From an uncultured delta proteobacterium (lineage in GTDB: Bacteria; Bdellovibrionota; FAC87; UBA2466), in assembly GCA_963778115.1 (NCBI GenBank), contig CAVZSV010000004.1:1856001-1920000 (forward strand): a stretch of DNA of 64,000 bases, in the 5' to 3' direction. The position numbers and the translations under genes were made by a program. Positions 46,897-58,800 of the stretch are shown one piece after another. The notes under the pieces are model-generated. The model searched no databases and was not told where the DNA came from. It saw only the letters and a program-made list of their open reading frames with translations. Each line of letters opens with the position of its first letter. Position 1 is the first letter of the stretch.

Positions 46897-49800
46897 CTAA
46901 TTCGTGGTTACCGTTAATGTCTGTCCCGAGGAGGCTTGCGACTTATCGCTGTTTTCCGCGCAGAGGCGGAAGGAATACTGGGTCCCTGTCGAAAGTCCCG
47001 TTGCAGTAAAGGTTGCCGGATTAATTCCCAAAGTCGCCGCCGAAAACACGGTTCCCGAATTACAATCGGCAGGTGCTGTGGCCCCTATCTGATAAGAGAG
47101 TTGGAAACCTGCCGTGGTTCCGCCGCCGGAGACCCAGGTAAATACAATCGAAGTCGTCGTGACAGTACCCTTGGCAAAGCTAGTCGGGTTTGGAGGTGTG
47201 GCCGCCGGTGTTTGCTGGTTGATGCAATACAAGGCGTACGAATTGTTACAAGCCGCAGCCCCGCCGTTTTCGAAAGTATTGGTCGCTAAAGAGTTATCGG
47301 TAGCGTACTCGCCGTTCACCGCTGCGGAATTTGAAGTCCAACTGGTACAGTTATTGGCGCTTAGAATTCCGCCGTTACCCATTCCGGCCCAGGCCCTGGT
47401 ATTGCCCGGAGTACCGCCGCTCGCCGTGTAGTTCACTCCATATAAGAGCGGACCGGTCCAGAAAGTGGAGCTATTGGAAACCTGCTGACTTCCGCCAGAT
47501 GCGGGTAGCCGCATATTATAGATGTTGTTCGAAAGTGAAATTCGAGACGTCGCCGCTGTGACGTTATCTCCGATTATTGCTTTCCAAGTGCCAGTAAGCC
47601 CCGCATTCTTGGCTTCGTTCTGACAGATATAATCTCCCCAATAAGTCGTACCGAAATTGGCGGCGTAATTTGCCGCCGTGGTGAAGATAAATTGGTCGGT
47701 TCCTGGCGCAAAGGTAACGCCACTACTTGTCGTAGTGACAATAAGACTCTGCCCCGGTGACATTCCGCTTTGATCGCTGTTAAGAGCGCATAGCAGGAAA
47801 GCATACGTAGTGCCCGCCGTTAAGCCACTAACCGTATAGGACGTCGCGTTCACTTGCATCGAAGAAGGTCCAATGATGGTTCCTGTGTTGCAGCTCGCCG
47901 GTGGTGTTGTACCTGGTAGATAGGCTAATTGGTAAGCTGCTGTTGTGCCCCCGCCAGTTATCCAGCTAAATCCTAAATAAGTAGTGCCCTGTATATAGTT
48001 AGTGAAACTAGAAACGTCAGGCGGTGTCGCCGCGGAGACTTGTTGATTGATACAGTAAAGACTGCGGGTAGAGTTACACGACGTCGTGGTATTTGCCACA
48101 TAGTTTGCATTTGTTGTAGACAGACCTACTGCACCAATCGGTGTTGTCGCCGCCGTCGTCCAGTTGCTACAGGTATTCGCGGTTGTAGCTCCGGTCTGTG
48201 CGGCACCCGCCCAGGTATACGTATTGCCCGGAGATCCCCCGCTACTGGAGTAGTTTAGCGTGGCGCTTAGCGTATCACCCGTAAAGAAGCTGGAAGAGTT
48301 TGAGACAAATTGACTGCCACCCGAGGTAGCGGGTCTTAGATTATAAATATTTCCAGGTATCGACACATGCGAGGAAGCGGCCGTCGAACTATCTCCGATG
48401 ATAGCTCTCCACGTTCCGGGAAGTCCCGCGGTATTTGCTTCGGTCTGACATAAGTAGTCGCCGAAATAAATTCCTCCAAAATTGGGATAGTATGCGGTAG
48501 CCGAGGTAAAGATAATCTGATTGGAGCCAAAGCCGTAATTGGTTCCCGCCGCTGTCGTCGTTGCCGTTACTGATATTCCCGCAGACGACGCCGTAAGGTC
48601 ACTATTGAACGCGCAGAGCAGGAAGGAATATTGTGTGCTCGCGGAGAGTCCGGAGACCGTAAAAGCAGTCGGATTATATCCTAAAGTAGAAGGTGAAATG
48701 ACAGTGCCGCCAGAACAGCTAGAAGGCGGTGTGGCTCCCGTTTGATAAGCTATCTGATAAGCCGCGGTAGTTCCTCCGCCCGGCGTCCAAATGAGGCCCA
48801 CGGAAGAGGAAGTCACATCCGCCGCCGTAAGATTCGTGGCATCGGGAGGTGTTGCCGAAGAGGTCTGCTGATTGATGCAATAGAGCGAATAGAAGTTACT
48901 ACAAGCAGCGTTGGTCCATGCCGTCCCACTGTTAGGAGTCGTGGTTGCGCCAATCTGTCCGTTCGTTAGGTTGCTTGCCGTTGTCCAACTGGAGCATGTC
49001 TTACCGACGTTACTCAATCCGGTTCCCAGAGCCCCCGTCCATGTACGAACGTTTCCGGGAGGTCCACCTGACGCGGAATAGTTGGCCTGATAAATCCACG
49101 GACCGGACCAGAATCCGGTACCATTAGAAATCTGTTGAATCCCCCCCGCACTTGCGCCGCGAGTGTTGAAGATCGTATTTCCGGTCAAAGAAACATGGGA
49201 AGAGGGATTGATGCTGTCATCTCCTAACACCGCAAACCAGGTTCCCGAGAGACCCGCGTTATTGGCCTCTTGCTGACAAATGTAATCTCCGTAATAGATA
49301 CTTCCAAAGTAGCCTTCCCACGTGGTCGCCGTGGCGAAGACCAATTGCAATCCGCCCAGAGTTTCCGTAACCGAACTACCGGAAGATTCCGTCGTAATTC
49401 CAGTCAAAGCAACACCAGTCGATGTCGCCGTCTGGTCACTATTGACCGCGCAAAGCAGGAATGAATATTGCGTGCTGGAAGCAAGTCCTGTCACCGTATA
49501 GGAGCTGGGATTAATTCCGATAGTAAGTGCCGGAATGACGGTCCCCGAATTACAAGTGGCGGGTGCCGTCGCTCCCGTTACATAGGCAATTTGGTAGCCC
49601 GCCGTGGTTCCGCCGCCCGAGGAGAACGAGAAGCCGACGCTTGTAGGCCCTAACAGATATTGGCTAAATGTTGCCGGATCGGGCGGTGCTGCCGCTGAAA
49701 TCTGTTGGTTCGTGCAATAAAGAGTGTAGCTGTTACTGCAAGCCGAACCGCCGTTGTTTAGCGTTGCTCCGGTATTATTACTTCTTCCATACTCTCCTTG

Positions 49801-52800
49801 GACGGAAGCGGAAACGGTGGTCCAACCGTTGCATGTATTAGCCGAAGCGGTCCCCGTGGAATTCGATCCGGTCCATACGACACTCGTCGAGGGAGTCAAA
49901 CCCAGAGCGGTATAACCGACCTGGTTATACATCGTATTGTTGTAAAAATTATTGTAATCGGAAACTTTCTGCGGTCCGCCCGCATTCATCGGACGGAAGT
50001 TATATAAATTTCCTGTCAAAGAGATATGGGTCGATGTCGGCGTAGAACCATCGGAGCCGACCATGAACCAGGTACCGGAGAGTCCTGCATTGGCAGCTTC
50101 CGTTTGACAGACGAAATCGCCGAAATACAAGCTTCCTAAATCGCCGTTGTAGAGTCCCGATGTCGCAAAAATAAATTGGTCCGTTCCAAACGGATAAGCA
50201 TTGCCGCTCGAAGTAGTAGCCCCACTGACTGCGACTCCCGGGGAGAAAGAGGTGGTATCGCTATTGGCGGCACAGACCAAGAAATAATAGGTCGTTCCGG
50301 AGAGTAGTCCCGTCAGCGTATAAGAACCGGCGTTGTTCACCATGGAAGTGGGAGGAACTACCGTCCCCGAAGTACAAGATGCGGGTGTGCCCGTGCTAGA
50401 GTAAGCGATTTGATATCCTGCCGTAGATCCTCCACCCGAACTCCAAGCAAGAGAGATCGAAGTGGTTCCGGTCTCTACAATCGTCGCTCCGACTACATCT
50501 GGAGGAGCTGCTGAAGACAATTGTTGGTTAATACAAGCTAACGTGTATGAGTTATTACAATTGGAGTTTCCGTTATCCACTCGAGCGGTTGTATTATTAG
50601 AGCGGCCGAACTCTCCAGCGCCGCCGACTCCGCCCGCGGCGTCGCTAGTCCAGTTAGTGCAGGTATTCGCAGAAGACGCCCCCGCAAAGTTCGAACCACC
50701 CCATACCACGTTTGTGGTGGGAGTCAGACCTGCCGCTGTGTAATACTCCGTATTGTAATCGTTACCCGCCCAGAAATTAACGTTGTCAGTGATCTTAAGC
50801 GCCCCTCCCGCGGAGAGAGGTCTTAAGTTATAGACGGGGCCCGTTAGAATAATTCGAAGGTTGGCGGCATTCGAGCTGTCAGAAAGGACGGCTTTCCAGG
50901 TTCCCGAAAGTCCAGCCGTAACCGCTTCTCTTTGACAAATTCCATCACCCCAATAATTACTGCCGAACGCTCCGGTGTAAAGGCCCGACGTCACGAACAT
51001 AAATTGATTTTGCGAACCGCCCAAAGGATTATTCTGGCCACTAGCCGTCGTAGACGCCATGAGAGTAAGTCCTGTCGATAGTGAGGAAACATCACTATTG
51101 GCAGCGCACAATCTGAAATAGTAAGTCGTGTTCGAGGCCAGACCCGTAACCACATAAGTCGTCGGGAATTGCCCCAGTGTTGAAGGAGACACGATGGTTC
51201 CCGTATTGCAATTAGCAGGATAGCTACCCGTTTGATAGGCCAACTGATACGTGGCGGTAGTGCCCCCGCCCGAAGTCCAGAGTAGTCCGATATTGGAAGT
51301 ATCGGTCGCATAGGTATAGAAAGCACCTGGATCAGGAGGGGCTGCCGAAGCCGTCTGCTGATTGATACAGTAAAGCGTGTAGTTGCTGTTACAGGTATTA
51401 TTTCCGTTATCGATGATAGTGCCGTTTGATCTTCCCGATTCTCCCGCCGGCGTCCCTGTATTAGAAACGCTGGTCCAAGAACTGCAAGTATTTGCCGCAA
51501 TTCCTCCCGTGCTGGTCGATCCCGTCCACACTCCGGTGGTCGTCGGAGTCAACCCAAGGCTCGTATAGTAAGGATTATTAAAGAAGATGTTGCTCCAGAA
51601 GTTGGTGCTGTCTGAGACTTTTTGTGCTCCGCCTGACAAAAGGGGCCTAAAATTATAAATATTGCCGCTTAACGTCACGTGGGACGTAGCCGCCGTCGAG
51701 GCGTCGGACAAGATGGCCTTCCATACCCCACTCAGACCAGCCGTCGCGGCTTCCGACTGGCAAATTCTATCTCCGAAATAGATGCCTCCGAACTGACCGG
51801 TCGCAAGGGTGGAGCTAGCGAACATGAACTGGCTAGTTCCCAGACTTGAAGTACTGCCGCTCGAAGTCGTGGTAACGGTGACCGTTAACCCCGTGGACGA
51901 TTTTGAAAGATCGCTGCTCATCGCACACAGTCGGAACGAATAGGTGGTGCCCGAAGTCAGCCCTGTTACCGTATAAGACGTAGGATTGATTCCTAGGGTA
52001 GCGGCCGGAATGATAGTACCCGCCGAACAAGAGCCCGGCGCGGTTGACCCGGTTTGGTACGCCATCTGATAAGCCGCGGTAGAACCGCCTCCTGAAGCCC
52101 ACACAAATCCAATGGCTGTCGTATTGGTATCGTAAGCGGAGAAGGAGGCGACTTCCGAGGGCGTTGCCGAAGCGGTCTGTTGGTTGATGCAATACAGGCC
52201 TCGAGCCGTATTACAAGTGGTCACGCCTGTCGCAAGTGCTGCAGTACTGGTACTCGTTCCATATTCGCCTGACGTTGCCGCTAATTGAGTCGTCCAATTG
52301 GAGCAGTTGCTAGCTGTCACGGCTCCAGCCGCGGTCGATCCTGTCCATTCGATAGTGTTCGTAGCCGCGAGTCCTGTCGCCGTGTATGTCACTGGGGAAT
52401 AGTACAGTCCATTCCAGAAATTAACGCCGTCAGTGACTTTCTGGGTTCCTCCTGAACTTAAGGCTCTCAAGTTGTAAATCGTACTACTGAGTGACACGCG
52501 AGAGGATGCGGCGGTCGATGCGTCCGACAAGACTGCTTTCCAAATTCCCGAAAGTCCCGCCGAAGTCGCTTCTGTCTGGCAAATATAGTCTCCGAAGTAG
52601 ATTCCTCCAAAGTTTCCCGTGTAGCTATTAGTCGTAGCAAAGATAAATTGTGTCGAGCCAAAATTATTCGACACCGGATTTCCCGACGCTTGTGTGGTGA
52701 CTAATAAAGTTCGACCAGTGGATAAGTTCGTCACGTCGCTATTGCTGGCACACAACCGGAAAGCATATTGCGTTCCCGCAGCCAATCCTGAAACTGTGTA

Positions 52801-55800
52801 GGAATTAGGGTTACTGGTTCCAATGGTGGCGGCGGGTACAATCGTATACGTAGCAGAAGTGCAATTTGAGGGAGCCGTTGAGCCCGCCTGATACGCCAGT
52901 TGATAGGCAGCCGTGGTTCCTCCGCCCGTTGACCAGAGAAAGCCTACCGAAGTCGTTCCCACCTGATAGGCGGTGAAGCCTTGCACATCGGGAGGAGCCG
53001 CAGATGAAGTTTGTGAGCCCAAACAATAAAGTGAGTACGAATTGGTACAAGCCGGAGTCGCCGATACCATCATTCCGTTACCGGTATTGGAAGCGTCATT
53101 GCCATCTTGTCCGGTTCCGGCGTCGCTCGTCCAGTTCGTACAGGTCTGACCGGAGTTCAGTGCGCCAGTTCCCAGAGACCCTGTCCACGTATTGCCGCTT
53201 CCAGGTGCCGTGCCGGCAGCGTTGTAGTTAAACAAGAAGCTGTGTGCGGTGGCGCCCCAGAAATTGGCTGCGGATGTGGCGTTCTGTGCACCTCCCGCTT
53301 TGTTGTTGTAAATATTCGTCGCCGTTAAACTAATTCGTGACGAAGCATTCGTACTTTGATCGGACAAGATAGCTTTCCACGTGCCGGCTAACCCTCCGTT
53401 GATGGCTTCGTTCTGACAAATAAAATCTGCAAAATAAACACTACCAAAGGTCGCGTGGTAGATGCCTAAAGTCGAAAACAGAGTTTGGTTCGCCGGTGTC
53501 GTAAGACTCGTGGTAGTTGCCGTAACCGGTGAAGCCACTGGAGTCATGCTAGAGAGATCGCTATTCACGGAACAGAGTAAGAAAGTATACTGCGTTCCCG
53601 AAGTAAGTCCGGTAACCGTATAAGAGGTCGGATTGACTCCCAAGGTGGTGGCAGCCACTACCGTTCCCGTGGAACAGTTTGAGGGAGCGGAAGCTCCCGC
53701 CTTGTAAGAAAGCTGGTACCCTGCCGTAGTTCCTCCGCCACTCACCCAAGTCAAAGGAACCGTCGAAGTCGTGACAGTACCGGCCGCAAAACTAGTGGGG
53801 GCGGGGGGTGCGGCAGAAGCCGTCTGCTGATTGATGCAATACAGATCTAGGGTGTTATTGCCGCAATTCGTACTGGCGTTATCGAAAACTGTCGTGGAAT
53901 TCGTATTGCTGCTCACTCCATACTCACCGTTAACTGCCGCGGAATTTGTCGTCCAGCTATTACAGGTAAATCCGGTCTTAATGCCTCCGGCTCCGGTCGA
54001 ACCGGTCCAAGGTACATTGGAAGAAGAGACATTCCCGGCTGAGTTGTATCGTAAGGGATAGGTGAAGAGTGCCGACCAAAAGCCAGCGGAACCGCTCAAG
54101 AATTGAATCCCCCCGGAATTTATCGAGCGGTTATTGTAGATACCAGAGGAGAGTGCAATGCGAGAGCTCGCCGCATTCGAATCGTCAGACAGAATCGCTT
54201 TCCAAACTCCGGGCAAGCCCGTGTTGTTAGCTTCCTGTTGGCAGAGGAAGTCTCCGTAATAAAGGCCTCCAAAGTTCGCCAGCGTGATATTCGTCGTCGA
54301 AAAGATTACTTGAGTAGAACCGTAACTTACGACAGGGGCTGAACTGCTCGACTGCGTGGTCACTGACGTTATCGTCCTACCCGTCGATACACTGGTGACG
54401 TCACTATTCACCGCGCACAGCCGGAAAGAATAGGTCGTGGACGCACTTAGGCCCGACACCACGTAGGTCGTGGGACTGACCCCAATGGTCGTCGCCGGGA
54501 TCAGGGTGCCGGAAGAGCAGTTCGCCGAAGGAGCCGTCGTTCCCGTGGTGTAAGCTAGTTCGTACCCTGCCGTCGATCCGCCCCCGGAAGAAAAAGAAAA
54601 TCCGATGGAAGTAGAGCCGATGCTGTAGGTAGCAAAGGTGGCCGCATCGGGGGGGGTGGCTGCAGACGCTTGTTGGTTGATGCAATAGAACGAATAGCGG
54701 TTGTTACACGTTTGAGCTCCATTCGCGATAACGTTGTTACTCGTATTATTTCCGTATTCAGCGCTGACGGTTGCGGTATTCGAGGTCCAGTTGGAGCAAT
54801 TCAAATTGGTATCGATAGCACCCGTAGCAAGGGATCCCGTCCAAGCGACCGCGCTTCCCGGTGAAGTTCCTGAAGCGTTGTACTGGAGCGAATAAGCCAT
54901 CTGGCTGTTCCAGAATTGGCTCGCATTCACCGCAACTTGTTGGATTCCGCCTGAACTAGTCGGTCGATTATTGTACACAATGCCGGGAATGGAAATTCTA
55001 GAAGAGGCGGCAGTAGTGGCGTCGGAAGCGACAAACTTCCAGGTTCCGGTTAAACCTGCGTTCGTCGCTTCGTTTTGACAAATGAAATCTCCAAAATATA
55101 AGCCGCCGAAATTACCTTGATAGGTTCCTGATGTTTCAAAAACCACTTCGTCGGTTGCTAAATTCACTAACGGACTAGAGCTACTCGATACCGTCGCTTG
55201 CGTAATTGAGGTGCCCGTCGAAAGCTGAGACTGATCGCTATTAACCGCGCAAAGAGTAAAACCGTACGTCGTCGAAGAGGCGAGACCCGTGACCGTATAG
55301 CTAACGGGATTCACCCCCAAGGTAGTGGGCGTCACGACAGAACCGGTCGTACAATTCGCGGGAGCGCTTCCTGCCTGGTAAGCCAATTGGTAACCGGCAG
55401 TCGTGCCTCCGCCCGAAGCGAAAGTGAGAATAATGGAATTCGAAGTCGCTTCAAACCAAGTAAATGAAGTGGGAGTTGGAGGAGTTGCCGAAGAAGTCTG
55501 CTGATTCGTGCAATAAAGCGAGTAATAGTTGGAACAGTTATTGGCGGCGGAGGTAGCAATTCCATTTCCGGCATTCCCATCCGAGCCGGTCTCCGCAAGT
55601 GAGGTATTGAGATTGGTCGTCCAATTGGTGCAACTTAGGCCCGCATTAATGAGTCCGGCAGCCGTGGATCCGGTCCACGTATTGCCTGACCCGGGAGAGG
55701 TCCCGGCGGCATTATAGTTGTTGGCATATCCAAAAGAGCTTCCCCAAAACGCAGCCGCATTGGCGGAAACCAATTGCGATCCGCCGGCGGAGACTGGTCG

Positions 55801-58800
55801 GTTGTTATAAACGGAGCCAGGAATCAAAATGTGAGAAGTAGCCGCGGTGGTTCCGTCGGCCATCACTGCTTTCCAAATGCCTCCCAACGATTGGGAATTG
55901 GCTTCGTTTTGGCAAATGAAATCGCCGAAATAGAGGCCTCCGAAATTTCCTTGATAAGTCCCTGAGGTCGAAAATAGAACTTGCTTCGTCCCCAAGTTAC
56001 TGACGGGGCCGGAACTCGAATCCTGCGTCGCTTCGGTGAAGGTGACGCTAGCAGATTTTTGACTCTGATCGCTATTAACGGCGCATAATGCAAACCCATA
56101 TGTCGTCGACGAACTGAGTCCAGTCACCGAATAGGATGTAGGATTTACCCCTAGCGTCGATGGAGTTAGTACCGTTCCCGAAGTACAATTCGCGGGAGCG
56201 CTGCCCGTCTGATAGGAGAGCTGATAAGCTGCGGTCGTCCCCCCCCCCGGATGCCCAAGTGACCGTGATGTAATTATTCGCCGAAATGGTCCACGTAAAT
56301 CCACTGGGCGCCGGCGGTGCCGCGGCCGCGCTCTGTTGGTTGGTACAATAGACCGTATAGTAATTGTTACAGGTGGTGTTTGCGGTAGCTATCTCATTTC
56401 CACCGCCGTTATTGTTGGCATACTCACCCGTACTTCCCGAAGCGTTCGTCGACCAACTGCTACAGGTCTGTCCCGTATTCGGGGCGCCCGCTGCCGTCGA
56501 TCCGGTCCAAACCACAGCCGATCCTGGCGAAGTTCCCGAAGCGTTATATTGCATCGAATAGGCGATGGAACTTCCCCAGAAAGTGGCAGCATTGGAAGCG
56601 AGTAATTGATAACCTCCTGATGACGTCGGTCGATTATTGTAAATCGATCCTGTCATTGAAATGCGTGAGGATGCTGCCGTGGAGTCATCCGAAATGATCG
56701 ATGCCCAAGTTCCGTTGAGCCCGGCATTCGCGGCTTCTCCCTCGCAAATGAAATCGGCGAAATAGACACCACCAAAACTTCCTTGATATGTCCCTGAAGT
56801 CTGGAACACGACTTGGCGGCTACCTAAATTGGTAATGGTACCCGTACCCAAGGGTTCTGTTGATTGAGTGAACGAAGCGACAGCAGAAGAGAGAGACAGA
56901 TCGCTATTGTAAGCGCAGATCGTAAATCCATAAGTCGTATTTGCCGTAAGACCCGTTACTGAATAGGAGGTCGGATTGATCCCCAAAGTCGACGGAGTAA
57001 TGACGGTTCCGCTCGAACAAGTACTTGGCGCCGTTCCGGATTGATAGGCTAACTGATAAGCTGCGGTCGTTCCCCCGCCGGAAGCCCACGTTAAACCGAT
57101 AGAAGTTGGAGATGCGGTAGCCCACGTGAACCCACTGGGGGTAGGTGGCGCCGCCGACGCCGTTTGCTGATTGGTACAGTAAACAGGACTATAGTTGTTA
57201 CAGCCACGATTTCCATTCGCTAAATCGGCATTGGTCGTGTTGGAGTTTCCGTACTCACCCGTTGTGCCGGAACCCGACGTGGACCAACTCGTACAGGTCT
57301 GGCCTACATTGATGGCACCGGCCGCGGTGGTTCCCGTCCAAACGATGTTAGAACCTGGATTAGTTCCCCCGCCATTGTAGTAGAGAACTTGCGAGATGGT
57401 CCCGCTAAACAGAGAAGCGGCGTTAGCCGCTATCTGCTGCAAACCACCCGAACTATAAGGTCGGTTATTGTAAACCACTGCAGGGACCAAGACCCGAGAG
57501 GTTGCGGCTGTCGAATCGTCGGACAATAGCGCTTTCCAAATTCCACCTAGATTGTTGGAGTTGGCCTCCTTCTGGCAGATATAATCCGCGAAATAGAGAC
57601 CTCCGAAATTACCTTGATAGGTGGTGGCACTCGCAAAAATTACTTGGGTATTACTCAAGTTTTGTAGGGGTGCCGAACTAGAGCCCTGTGTGGCTTCAAC
57701 CACTGTCGCCCCGGATGATGCCAAAGTGGAATCACTATTAAGGGCACAGATCCGAAATCCATAGGTTGTCGACGAACTCAGCCCGGTTACCACGTACGTC
57801 GTCGGATTCACACCCAAAGTCGAAGCCGAAATGAGAGTTCCCGAGGTACAAGAGCTGGGTGCGGAGCCGGTTTGGTAGGCGATTTCATAAGCCGCAGTGC
57901 TTCCTCCGCCTGAGGCCCATGATAGCCCGATGGAAGTCGCCGAAGAGACATACCAAGTGAATCCCGTCGGATTGGGAGGTGCTGCCGAGGAGACTTGTTG
58001 GTTCGTGCAATAAAGCGAATACAAATTGTTACAGGTATTGTTATTAGTCGCGATATCGTTGGGAGTCGTATTACTCTGTCCGTACTCACCACTTACCGTA
58101 TTTTGGGCTGTCGTCCAGCTGCTGCAATTTAACACCCCGTTTACCGCTCCTGCCGCCGTGGATCCCGTCCAGGAAACGTTTGAGCCAGGATTCGAACCGG
58201 AGGCGTTATAATAGAGCTGGTTAGCGAATGAACTTCCCCAAAACGACGCTTGGTTGGGGGCAACTTGCTGAATTCCACCCGAACTCACCGGACGGAAGTT
58301 ATAAACAATGCCTGGAATGGCGATGCGAGAACTTGCCGCCGTCGAGGCATCCGAAAGAATGGCTTTCCAGGTACCGGCCACATTGGCGGCGGTTGCCTCT
58401 TTTTGACAGATATAGTCACCGAAATAGACTCCACCAAAGGAACCTTGATAGGTTCCTTGGGTGGCAAAGACCACTTGTGACGAACCCAAACTCGTGACCG
58501 TTCCGCTCGAAGTTGTCGTCACCGTCAGCGAAGTTCCTGAAGATGCCGCGGTGAGATCGCTATTTTCCGCACACAATAAGAATGTGTACTGCGTGCTGGC
58601 ACTTAGTCCTGTGACCGTATACGAAACCGGGTTGTACCCCAAAGTCGTGGCAGAGATTACGGTTCCCGAATTGCAATTAGCGGGTGGCGTAGCTCCCGTC
58701 TGATAGGACATTTGATAGGCAGCGGTAGTTCCTCCCCCTGAGGCCCACGTGAAGTTAACCGACGTCGACCCTGTCTGGTAGACCGCAAACGAAGTCGGAT

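Noticed and set aside
56075..56304. Two separate overlapping giant genes
   Set aside because: The overlap translations are out-of-frame junk on either side of the G10 tract, and the FN3 repeat is continuous across it
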